The translations under genes and the position numbers were made by a program. Positions 36,646-47,845 of a DNA stretch of 64,000 nucleotides are shown here, piece by piece. The stretch comes from Cyanophora paradoxa CCMP329 (Eukaryota > Plantae > Glaucophyta): the NCBI GenBank assembly GCA_004431415.1, contig QPMI01000163.1, positions 129,499 through 193,498 of the forward strand. The letters run 5' to 3'. The notes under the pieces were generated by a model. That model was not told the DNA's origin. It did no database searches and saw only the letters and a list, made by a program, of their open reading frames with translations. Position 1 is the first letter of the stretch. Every line of letters begins with the position of its first letter.

Positions 36646-37788
36646 ATGCGGTCCCTCGCCGTCCTCGCCGTTGCCCTCCTCGGGCTGGCGGCCATCGCCA
36701 CCGCCCAGAACCTTCGCATTGTCGGGTCCGTTGCGGGCGGAGGTCAGCGGTGGGTTTCACACTCACCAGACCGGCAGCCTGTACTCGGACTCGACCTGCC
36801 TGCAGCCGTACGCTGATGGCGATATGGTTGGCCAGGCGTACCGCCCCATCGGTACTTCTGACGAGGTCATTAAGGCGTCCAACCGGAACACCGCCAACTT
36901 CGCCCCCCTGGTGATTCCACCTTCCACCGATGTGCCTGATACACCCGCTAAGTTTCTGCAGCCCTGGACCTACACCTTCTCGACTTCTACCTGCTATTCG
37001 GCGGGCGCTGGCGCCACTGGCGTGACCAACTTCCCGTTCACCCCCCGCACCGCTCCGACCGGCGGCGTGGCCCCGACTGTGCGCATCTTTCAGGAGACAA
37101 GTAGTTACTTCCTGTAACGCATTTCGCAGTTCACCTCCGGCTCTACCGCCACCAACTTCCTCACCGTCGCGGCCGTTCTTGGCCAGACCACCGCCTCGCA
37201 GGCGACTGCATGCCCCGGCGCGACTGCCGGTGGCCGCGACGCCGTCGCCACCTGCTCGGCGTTCCACTTCTTCTCCTTCGTGAACGACAACTTCCGGTTC
37301 CAGCCTGAGACCGCCAACGTCGACAAGGCCACCGCCAGCTACAACTACGTGAAGGTGCACTTGCTCTCTGTTCTTCTACTTTCGCTGTTTGGCTAATCTT
37401 GCACCGTGCAGCTGTCCTGCGACCGCAACCTCCAGATGGTGTTCTCGCACTTCGCTGATGACAAGTGCACCACCATCCCCTCGGCCGTGCCCCTGCAGAA
37501 GGCCACGTGCGTGTTTTTGCAGACGAGGGTCAGTTTGTGCATGCCTTATCTAAACTGTCTCGCAGCATGCCGATGGGCTGCTACAAGATCGGCACCGTCA
37601 CCCTGGACACCACTGTCTCTGTGAACGGCAACACCTACCCGAAGACCACCGAGGTTGCGTCTCAGGACGTCTACGCCCGCGTTCGCTGCTCCTCGGCGGC
37701 CAACAGCGCGAGCTTCTCGCTTACCCCCGCGACCCTTGCTGTTGCGTTCTTCACCATCCTCGCGATCTTCGTGCAGCGCCAGCTGTAA
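36646..37788 (+). CDS. Secreted, probably GPI-anchored Cys/Thr-rich surface protein
   Basis: Signal peptide MRSLAVLAVALLGLAAIATAQ, spaced Cys, and C-terminal SSAANSAS followed by hydrophobic tail ATLAVAFFTILAIFV. Confidence 0.8.
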
Positions 37789-38259
37789 GATGTCGGCGGT
37801 GTAACGAGATAAATCGCAATTAGTTTTTCTGGTTATTTCACTCAGGCATATGTTGCTGCGGAAGACAAAGGGAAAGGAGAGGGTGCATTTCTAGGGCCGG
37901 GGCTGGAGAATACGTTTTGCACTCCGGCTTTTAGTTAGAAGTTTGGGGCCGGGAAGTGTGCGTGCGGGATGTGAAGGTGAATCGAGAGGATGCAATTAAG
38001 TTTCAGGGACACATGGTGATAAGCGTGTAATTTGCCACAGCTGGCAGGGAGGGCGTTTCATGCGGCGACGTCGACTCTTCGCATTCAAATACAGAGCATG
38101 CGAATTAAAATCAGGACTTCATGTGCATCATTGAGTTCAGAATCAGGTCTCTATGACACGGACGTCGACATCAGACAGATCTGTATATGTGACAGATCTA
38201 GCTTCACGAAGCTTCACATCTAGCTCTAGTGCAGTGAGCATCAATAAACTACTAGCTGG

Positions 38260-41200
38260 CTACGTCCCTCGTGCGAACGATCTGCCACGACTACCGCCCC
38301 CGCGGGAAAATCCCCCTCGGCCTCGACCTCCGCCGCGACCTCCGCTGCGGCCTCCGCCACGGCCCCTGCCCCCGCGCTCTCCGCCGCGCCCTCCGCCGCG
38401 TTCTCGACTCCCGCCACGGCCTCCGCCACGGCCTCCACGGTCTCCTCCGTACCCTCCGCGGCCTCCCCCGCGGCCTCCCCCGCGGCCTCGCCCGCGGCCT
38501 CCACCCCGTTTCACGTCGTGGAGACTCTGGAAGGGGTTGCTGTTCCTGCTGCTCGCCTCCTCGCCTTCGTGCTTCCGCTTGACCTTCTTGGTGCGGCCTG
38601 TATCGTACGCCTCGTCCCACTCGTCGCGCTGCTGCCGGGGGCCTTGCATGCCGCTGCTGAACGTGAGCACTCGCTGCCGCTCCCGCTCGGACAACACGCC
38701 CGGACTGCCATCGCCGTCCCACTGTCCCACTGCGTTGCCGATGTCAGTGCAGCGAAAAGATTGCCAGCACCTAGCAGATCCCGCACCGGATTTGCCCAGG
38801 GGACCACTAAAGTCGAATGCGCTCGCGCGCTCCACTGGGGGGATGAAGCGCTCCCTTGGGGCAGCTGCTGAACGACTGGAGCTTGGTTTAGACTCTGCTG
38901 GACGAGCAGCATATTCTTCTTCGTCCTCAGCGGGGACTGGGACCCTTGCTCGCTGCAGCCGCCTGCCCGCAGGCTCCTTCGGTTCCACTGGTGGCGACTC
39001 GGCTTCCTCCGAGCGCGGTGTTGGCCCGGGGGTGCTCGCGCGCCGCACGGCGTGCATCCGCCGCGCGAGCGGCAGGACACGCAGGCCGCTGCGGAGCCGC
39101 ATCCAGCCGGGACTCGCCGGCGTCGGGCTCGGGCTCATGGCTCCCGTGAGATGGCGCCCGTACTCCGCTGCTGTGCCCGTGTCTACCTCCAGGGCCGGCT
39201 TCCTTCGCTTTGTAGCCTCCCGTCCCGCTTCTGTGTCTCCTGCGCCGGCCCTCGCCTACAGTGGCGGTCAGTAATGCGTTTCAAGTACCGGCCAAGACAG
39301 GCGCACTCGTTCTTGGGCGGGGGCCGGCTCCTCCGCCATCCTCTTCCGCGTCACTTTGCCCGCAGGGCCCACGGTTGCTGCTGGGGGCGGCTGTGCCTCC
39401 GCCGCGTGCCGTGGGCTTGCGCCGCCCTTCGCTGGGTGCGGGCTGGCCGCCTTTGCGCCGCTCTGGCCGAGCGGGGGCGTGGGGCGGGTGCGGACGTAGA
39501 AGAGGATGTACGGGCGCTCCTTCAGAACGGCAGACTCGCCGACGTGCCGTACCTGCGCCGCGTCGAGTCAGGCCGCCGCACTCGAGGCGAAGCGCGAGGA
39601 GGCGGGGCGCTAGGGGCGGCGGACGCGCCTCAGGAGGGCGAGGGCATAGTCGCCCAGGCGCTCGAGGAGGCCGGCCTCGCGCATCTCTGGCAGGGGCGCC
39701 GGCGCGCGGCGGCGATAGAAGAGCACGTATGCCGGCTCTCGCAGCACGGCCGCCTCCGAGGCGGGCCGCACCTGCGCGCCGGCTCTAGGACCGCCGCGCC
39801 CCGCCCGCCCCACCCGCCCCGGCCCCGAGGGGCGCACCGAGGAGTCGTCCATGCAGTGCCAGAAGTCCGAGGGGCTCTTGACGTACGCGTAGTAGTGCCC
39901 GGAGTGCATCGAGTGGCCGGCGTGCACGACCGCCGCGTACAGCGCGTACTGGTGGCCCTCCCGCTGCCGCCCGCCGCGTCAGCGCCCGACGCCCCCGCTA
40001 GCCATGCTATGCTGCGGACCTCGCGGCACGACACGAAGGGGCCGAGGTCGAGTGTCGGGCCGAACGCCACGGGCTTGTTGATCTTTCCCGAGTGCCGCCC
40101 GAAGTCGAAGCGCTTCAGCTGGATCGTCAGGACGTTGGGCGAGTGGTGAATCGTGAGCCGCTTCGTCGCCCGGACGAGCTTCTTGCACCTGAGGCCCATC
40201 AGCGCCGGGGTGCGGAGGCTGACAGGGACGGGACTACTTGGAGCATCGGTACTTGTTCTCGCCGTCCAGAACTTCGGCAGCGGTAAAGTTGCTGAGCGCC
40301 TGTTCCACGGAGTTCGCGCCGCGGAGCTCCAGACTCAGGTCCAGGAACGGGTCGAACTTGTTGCTCCCGTACTGGCACTGCGAGCACTTGACCTGCAATG
40401 GCGGCTCGGCGCACGACGGCGGCCTTATTGGAGCAGGAAGCATACCTGGCTTCTGAGGTATCCCCCAAAGATCTGCTGGATCACTGTGGTCTCTGAAACG
40501 CGGGGCTCCACTTTTCTGGGGTGCGGATTAGAGAAATACGGCAGAAAAAAATTTCAACCGCACCCCAGACCCCGCAAACAATCTTTTTGCATCGATTCGA
40601 TGAGGTAACGGGCGAATTCGTGCGCGTCTTCCTGTCTGCCTATCCGGAAATGCGAAGCGATCTCTGGAACGCATCACGAAAATGAGAAAGACGGTTTTGA
40701 GGATTGAAAAAAGAAAGGCTTGACCTCGCATACGCCTCACAATCGCGTAGGGTTGAAATGCCCCGCCGTTCTGCGAGAGCGCCCGGCCAACGTGCTTTTC
40801 GAGCAAGCACATTGCGCAGAACTGTTCCGGCGCTTTCCGGCCTGCGTAAAAGCTCAATCTACAGCCTTCAAGAGAAATGCAGCGCGAAGCAGCGACGCAC
40901 AGGACTTCGAGTGCTCGCCAGAGAGAAGGTAGTTGGCGAGCGGCGGCGTGTACGTAAGGCTCTGAAGCACTGCGTTTGCAAAGCAGCTGTTTCCCATGTT
41001 TTCAAGACCGCATCCGATCTTCGTCTGCCGCTGCCAGTGCAGCAGCTTGCCGATCCGGTCTGGTGGGAAGAGATAGCACGGCGGCGGCTGCAGGCTGTTG
41101 TCGGGGTCCTGCGAGGAGCCTTTCAGTCTGCGTACAGAACCAGTACGATACAGCGCGCACGCGCGCCCGATCGCGCACCTCGCCCGGAGAGCTGGCCGGC

Positions 41201-41437
41201 TTCGACGGGCGCGACGACGACTGCGCTGCCCCGAACCGCATCTTTAGCTCCATCGCGTCGTCCTCCGGTCTCGTCGATCGGACGAACGGGATGCGCCGCG
41301 GGAGCAGATCCTTCGTGCTCGCGAGGAGCACGTCAATGGAAGCTGCGATCGCGCGTCAGGTGTGCGGCGGACGGATGCGCTTAGCTACAGCTCGCTCGCT
41401 CGCCTGAACCGCCCGACGAGCCCTCGCGGCCCACCAT
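38260..41437 (-). CDS. Ubiquitin-specific protease, USP36/USP42-like, with RGG tail
   Basis: Cys box [49 protein letters not shown], His box [17 protein letters not shown]...MDD, C-terminal [20 protein letters not shown] and RGG repeats. The start is approximate. Confidence 0.93.
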
Positions 41438-42888
41438 AACCTAACCGCGCTCAACCTCTGACGCAGGGTACAGCTCGAATTCGCCAAAATGCGCGTGGTT
41501 GTCCCCTGGCTTCGCACCGCCCAGCGCGATGCGCGGTACGCGCTCCAGCGTCGAGGAGTGCTCACGCGGCCGCCAGTAGACCCGCCCGCGGTCGCCCTCT
41601 CGAGCATTCGGCACGGCTCGCACGACACACCGCACCGGCGCCCGCCGATCTGCATCTTGGTACGAAACGACAAGCGCATTGCGCACGTGTCTAGTTGACC
41701 CCAGGCGCAGCACGGACTGGTGGGTGATCTAAACGCGCGCCAGTTCTGCTTGCCCGTCTGAAGCCCTGCTCAGTTCGGCGCGCTGCCCAACTGGCGAGGG
41801 TTCATTTCGAAGATGGACGCGGAATACGCGAACGAGCCTTTGCAGCAGCGCCCGTTCGAGACGGCATACATGTTGGACGGTGAGACCACATTGACGCCTC
41901 GAACTTCAGTTCTCATGACGCTGCCTCGCAGCTCGCAATCACGGCACTTCCGAACATCACCCTGACATGTCGTACGGTTCGAGAACGTTTGTTTGTGCTC
42001 GCACAACTTACAGCCAACGGCCTGCTCTTTGCAGAGCTAATGGCACATGATTTGCGTGCTTGGATGGGATGCCACAACCTCTCATCGGCAATATGGCTGG
42101 GTAATAATGATCATTGCAATTGTATTTGGTTATCAAGAGGTTTTTTAGGTTGTACCATATGCTCACCCCTGGGTGCTCGCAGGGCACTCCATGGGGGGAA
42201 AGGCTGTTGCACAGGTGCGTGCAGCATACTGCTTGATTGAGGTCGATTTGTCCTTATCCCAAGTTTTTCATGCAGCTTGCACTGGAAAATCCGTCCCTGG
42301 TGTCCGCCTTGATCGTTGTGGACATAGCACCAGTCACATATGATCACAATGCTATGCTTGATGGCGTAATTCGGCCTCTGAGAAAGTATGTAAAAGTGCT
42401 GATTTTCTGTTGCGCAAACAATCATGAGCCTGACCTGTCCACAGTGTCGACCTCTCAACTCTCAAATCTCGAGCAGATGCAGATGCAACATTAGCCCCGC
42501 ATGTGAAGGTGTGCATGATGAGCTGACAATACTTTTCCCATTTCTGAAACCTATTTCATTCCAGGACCCAAGAGTGCGAGGCTTTCTTCTCACGAATCTC
42601 GTTCACTCTGCCACTGGATATAAATGGAGGGTTAATCTCGAGGTCAGATCTATTGTTGGTTCTCAGCACAGTTTCACATCCACCATGATCCTATGCATGT
42701 GCAGTCAATTGAGCGATGCTGGCCATCACTGGCATCTTTTCCATCTAGGTGGATTCAAGCAAACACAGCTGGTCAGGGTGTGCAGAAGTTAGACTCTTTA
42801 GATATTTGTCCTTCCACTAATTTGTATTTGTTCTCTCCTCAGGACGTACCTATGATGGTCCAACTTTATTCATCCGAGGATCAGCATC

Positions 42889-43040
42889 CGTAAGGAGCTG
42901 TTTCGCATGTCGCAGACGGCCCCGGACGGACCTCGACGGGCCGAAAACGGCGCGACCTTTTGGACATCCCGCTAGTTCGCGAGCTTTAACAATGGATGGA
43001 ATTTGAATTTTGAACACGGCCGTGTCACGGCGGCTATCAG
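42889..43040 (+). repeat. Element left end, 152-bp direct repeat (copy 1)
   Basis: Matches 46159-46310 by eye. Confidence 0.93.
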
Positions 43041-43201
43041 CCGGCTGAGTTCGAGTTCGAGCTGGCTAGACCAAATTCTATATCCCCCCAAGCCATCTCC
43101 CCCCCCTTCCAAGCCACGGCCAGCTGCAGCTAGATTGCGGCCAGCCACGGACTTGCGCGGGAAAAGCAAAAGCGCTTATAGCTTAGCGTTCGGCGATCGA
43201 G

Positions 43202-44861
43202 ATGCCGCTCTCTGTGCTGTCTGCCAAGGTCGGCTCAGCGTTCGGTTCCATTAGAGCGTGGCTGGGCGGCGCCAGCGATGGCAGGCCGCGGCACGGCCAG
43301 ATTGGCGGCAGCACCTGCGGCAGCCAGGACGACCTCGGCGAGGACGTGAATCCAGACGACTTTGGCGACGCAGCTTTGAGCGAGCAAGTCGTTCAGCCTG
43401 CGCATGCAGCGCCAGCTGCGCATGCGACGGCCGCGGTCGCGCTGGCGCCTCCCGCGGCGGAGCCGGCGGGCGGGAGCGACTCCCCACAAGTCTCGCCAGT
43501 ACGCTCAGAGCTCGAGCAGAGCCCCGGCAGCGGCTGCTGTGAGACGCCAGGGACGCCTTTGGGGGGGTACGCCTGTACAGCCGTGTACGCCGCCTGTCGC
43601 AGCTGCCTCATCAGCGACCCCCGTGTACACGCCTGATCGCCCGCGTCGCAAGCGGGTAGTAGCTGCGCCCTCGCAATCGCAGCCTTCGCATGATCAGCCG
43701 GCCACGCCTCCACGCACGCAGCCGCCGGCGGCAGCGGCCTCGCCAGCGACCCCCGTGGACATGCCTAAGCGCGTGAGTCGCAAGCGGGCAGCGGCGGCGA
43801 CCTCCCAGCCTTCGCCCGCGGCGGCACCGAGCGAGCAATATGAGGATCCCTTCGTTGCCATGGAGCGGTATATGGACGATCCCTCTGTCGCGCCGTCGCC
43901 TGCCAGCTCAGCCGCGAAGAAGCCAGCCCGAAGAAGCCCGCCACGTCCACCAAGCAGCAGTGCAAGCGGCGCAAGTGCGATGTCGAGATGACGGGCGAGG
44001 AGGAAGATCGATTCACCCCTGGGACAAGCCCGGGCGGCACCGCTTTCGCATCGAGGAGGAGGACGCCGCACTCTATCGGAGGCTCACCGGCTGCAAGCGG
44101 GTTTCCGATGCGGTTCGCATGGCGTCCAAGCTCCTTGAAGCGATCGAGTACCTTCAGCAGCGTGTGCGCGCGCCGTTTCACGCCGCCGTGCGCTTCGCCC
44201 GCAGCTTGCCTCGCTGATTCGGGCCGCAGGATGTCCTAGACAAGGGTCTAACTGGCGCGGAGCTCGCCAATCAACTGAAGGCGAAAGTCGACGTGTTCCT
44301 CCGTGCACCGGCGCAGCGTGAGGAGCTCCAACAGAAGTGCAGCTCCCTGGAGCGGGAGCTCCCTGATCTGCGGTGGGCCAACAGGGAGAAGCAGCGGCAG
44401 ATCGCTCAACGGGAGGAGAAGATCGCTCAGCTGGAGAAGGAGATGATGCAGCTCAACGCCAGTCTGGTGAGCCCGCCGGCCGCCGCGCCGCCCGCGCCGC
44501 CGGCGCCCGCAATGCGCTGCTGACGGCGGTCCCTCCGGCGCCCGCAGAGAGCGACTCGGGTCAAAAACCTCGAAGAGGAGTGCGAGGAGCTGCAGAACCA
44601 GAACGCTGCGCTGCAGACGAAGGTGGATGACTTGGAAAACAAGGTCCGCGATTGCCCACACGCGTGCGTGCGCCCGCTGGCGCGTAACGCGGCGCGGCGC
44701 AGGTCTCAAGGATGAAGAGGAATTGGGACTTGGAGTTGGAGCGTGAGGCGAAGGTGTGGCGGAAGGAGGAGCGCATGTACATAAAGGAGGTGGAGGAGCT
44801 GGAGGCCGTTATCGAGTATCTCTACATGAGGGACGTGCTCATGCGGGAACCCGGGGCCTAG
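43202..44861 (+). pseudogene. Transposon ORF1: low-complexity N-terminus plus long coiled coil, frameshifted
   Basis: MPLSVLSAKV... with frame jumps near 43560 and 43960. Spliced exons give REELQQKCSSLERE...IAQREEKIAQLEKE, KNLEEECEELQNQNAALQTKVDDLENK and ...LYMRDVLMREPGA*. Confidence 0.6.
43309..43484 (+). repeat. 176-bp segment repeated in inverted orientation at 46310-46485
   Basis: Reverse-complement match; the peptide NPDDFGDAALSEQVVQPAHAAP appears on opposite strands in the ORF track. Confidence 0.93.
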
Positions 44862-45149
44862 GGTCGCAGGGTGGGTCGCCGCGGTCCAGCAGCTACACGC
44901 TGCTGTGCCGCCGGAGACGTCGCCTTTCGAGGCGCCCGCCATCGGGCGCTAGCCCCGGCCCGCTCGCTTCGTCCTGCATAGCTAGAGCTCTCATCGGATG
45001 AGAAAAATTTGTGTTCCTTTTGCGCATGCGTCGCCCACACGACAGCCGGGCGGGGACGCGGGGCGCGGCTGGGTTGGCTAACTGTGCGTGCATCCGGAGC
45101 CTCCGAGCAAGCCTAGCCTATAAGCTCGGCGACGCTGAGCTAGGTGCGC

Positions 45150-45284
45150 CCGGCGCGCCTGGTAATCTGCTCGGGAAGGTCGGAACGGCTTGGGCACGGA
45201 ACCGGGGTCGGCCGCAAAGGCGGACCGTGCCAGACCCAATCGGCGCTGAGCTACGCCGGCGCGCCTGGTAATCTGCTCGGGAAG
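45150..45284 (+). repeat. 29-bp direct repeat pair inside the element
   Basis: CCGGCGCGCCTGGTAATCTGCTCGGGAAG at 45150-45178 and 45256-45284. Confidence 0.85.
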
Positions 45285-46158
45285 CTCGGGATGAGTCAAG
45301 GCCTCGCACCTGGGGCTGGCAATCCATGCACTGCGGCAAGCAGCCGCTGCCCCACCGACCTCGTCTCGCAGAAGCGGGTCACGGAGATGAAGGAAGACCG
45401 CGTGAAGCGCCGCGGGCGCTCTCGTGGCATGCCGGGCCGGGCCGGGCGTATGCGTACCCGGTTGGCCAGCGGAGGAAACTCGGCTGACTGAGCGGCTCGC
45501 GCTTTCGACAACGTGGCACTGTGGCACTGTAGTACACCTGGCGAGGCGCACGCCGCGACAACGATTCGGCGAGGCGCACGCCCTCGCCCGCGAACTTGGA
45601 ACATACGCACGCCTGCCCTGGATCGCGGACCGAGCCTCGGAGACTTCCGCCCTCTCCGAGGCTCATGGCTGAAGCTGCGATAGCATGGTGCCGGCTGGCT
45701 GAGGCCGCCCGTGCCGGAGCAGCTGCAGCCGGGGCCAAGTGGCTGGCCGGCGCCTTAAGCGCGCGGCTGCACTGCGAGCGGGAGCTGGGCTCGCTGTCGG
45801 CGGCAATCTTATCCGCTCTCAAGGTTTCGCAAGGCTGCGAGCGCGCGGCGACCCCGGTATCGCGTTCGCAATTTTTGATCTGCCAGGGAATCTGCACTCC
45901 GAGGCTTGCGATTGAAGCACGGCAGCCTCGTATCTTGATTAGAACTTTTTATTCAAGATGTAGAGGCGTCACACGGCGTTATTTAGTGCCCTGCACAAAG
46001 CCCCCGCGATGGGCCCATTTAACCCGTCATACCATATGACTCATCATACGCCTATACACTACGTTACAGCTAGTCTTCTGCTGACTTTTGGCCCTTCCAA
46101 ATTGGGCCCATCGCCCCAGGAGCTGGGAGACATCGAAAATCGGGACGAGATCCTGAGG

Positions 46159-46485
46159 CGTAAGGAGCTGTTTCGCATGTCGCAGACGGCCCCGGACGGA
46201 CCTCGACGGGCCGAAAACGGCGCGACCTTTTGGACATCCCGCTAGTTCGCGAGCTTTAACAATGGATGGAATTTGAATTTTGAACACGGCCGTGTCACGG
46301 CGGCTATCAGGGAGTCGCTCCCGCCCGCCGGCTCCGCCGCGGGAGGCGCCAGCGCGACCGCGGCCGTCGCATGCGCAGCTGGCGCTGCATGCGCAGGCTG
46401 AACGACTTGCTCGCTCAAAGCTGCGTCGCCAAAGTCGTCTGGATTCACGTCCTCGCCGAGGTCGTCCTGGCTGCCGCAGGTGCTG
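46159..46485. repeat. Internal copy of the left end (46159-46310) fused to an inverted ORF1 fragment (46310-46485)
   Basis: Direct sequence comparison with 42889-43040 and 43309-43484. Confidence 0.93.
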
Positions 46486-47832
46486 GGAGACAGGAGCAGC
46501 AGGGCCGCGGGATCGGGACGGCCTCCCTCCAGCCAGCGAACAGAGAATCCGCACCCCCGAGCACGACGCCAACGCCCTCCTGCAGCCGCTCCCGAACAGC
46601 ATGCTGCCCGTCGCTGCCGTCGAGGTGAGAAGCCCGCGACACCTCGCCTCAGCGGACGCCAACGCGCACCTCAGGTCCGGCTCGACGACGCCCTGCACGG
46701 CATCAAGAGCTGGGTGGCCGGGTTCTTCGTCTACTTCTTCCTCGCCCTCGCCTGTGGTGCCTCCGAGGACCAGCAGAAGCGCATCGAAGACCTGCAGCGT
46801 CATCTTCGCGATAAATACGCGCGGAACATCAAGTTCGAGAAGACCGAGAACGGGGCCACCTACAAGTTCTTCCAGAAGATCTCCGCCAACACCGCCAAGA
46901 AGATCCTGGAGGACCCCGAGGCGCCCGACACCCTCTTCAGCATCTGCTTCGGCGACAGTAAGGAGAGCTGGAGCGAGAAGACGAGGGGCATGCACGAGAT
47001 TTGGCAGCTCCGCCAGATCATCTACCAGTACGAGCGGAACATGAAGCCCGACGAGGAGGCGCGGCAGCAAGTTATCGAGGCCGTCGCCGAGCTCCAGGGC
47101 CTGATGGAGACACACTTCCCGTTATGGAAGATCTTCACACGCTACATGCACTCGACGCTTGCGCACCTCGCGTTCTGGGCGCGCGTCGACAACACGAACG
47201 CGCCCGGCCGTTGGAGCTGCGAGGTCATCGAGTCCTACATGGGCCTCCTTCGGCGCCTGCGACACACCGTCACGTCTCTCGGTGGCGGGTGGAACAAGGA
47301 CCTCGACATGCTCAAGCAGATCATGACGCACCAGCGGCGGCGCCTGGCGCTGTGGATGCGGAACATGACGGAGGCGAGCGCCGGCGGGAAGGACGCTGCC
47401 CACGCCGAGTACGACGCGCCCGTCGCCGCCAAGGCCTGGCCAGATGGGCCCTTCATCCCCCGACCTGCGGCCCGTCCCCACCGGTCAGCGGCTATGCAGG
47501 GCGAAGGGGCGGCGGCGGCGCCGCCGGGGGGCGAGGAGGTGGCAGCGGTGCCCCTGCCTGCGGACGAGGAGGAGATCGACGAGGATATTGAGCTGCAGGA
47601 GGGGGATCCGGTGCCGGAGGACGAGGTGCCCGAGGAGAGCGGGGACGAGGAGGAGGAGGAGGAGGAGACCGCCGAGTACGACGCCGAGGCAGAGGAGGAG
47701 GCGGAGGAGGAGATGGAGGCGGAGGATGAGGGCGCCAACATGCTCGATTTCGATGATAGGGCCCTAGCAGAGGTTCTAGCAGACGATCTAGCGGAGGGGG
47801 AAATAGACGAAATGGATTTGGACCAGACATAG
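46486..47832 (+). pseudogene. 5'-truncated RAG1/Transib-like transposase (C-terminal core plus acidic tail)
   Basis: Intron at 46625-46674. Motifs DALH (46687-46698), LQRHLRDK, KISANTAKKIL, LMETHF, FTRYMHSTLAH and GRWSCEVIES...LLRRLR occur in RAG1 order. Confidence 0.8.
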
Positions 47833-47845
47833 CGCACCTTGTAAC

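Noticed and set aside
42889-46310. 152-bp direct repeats as LTRs
   Set aside because: No TG...CA ends and no RT or integrase, and the second copy is internal to the insertion.
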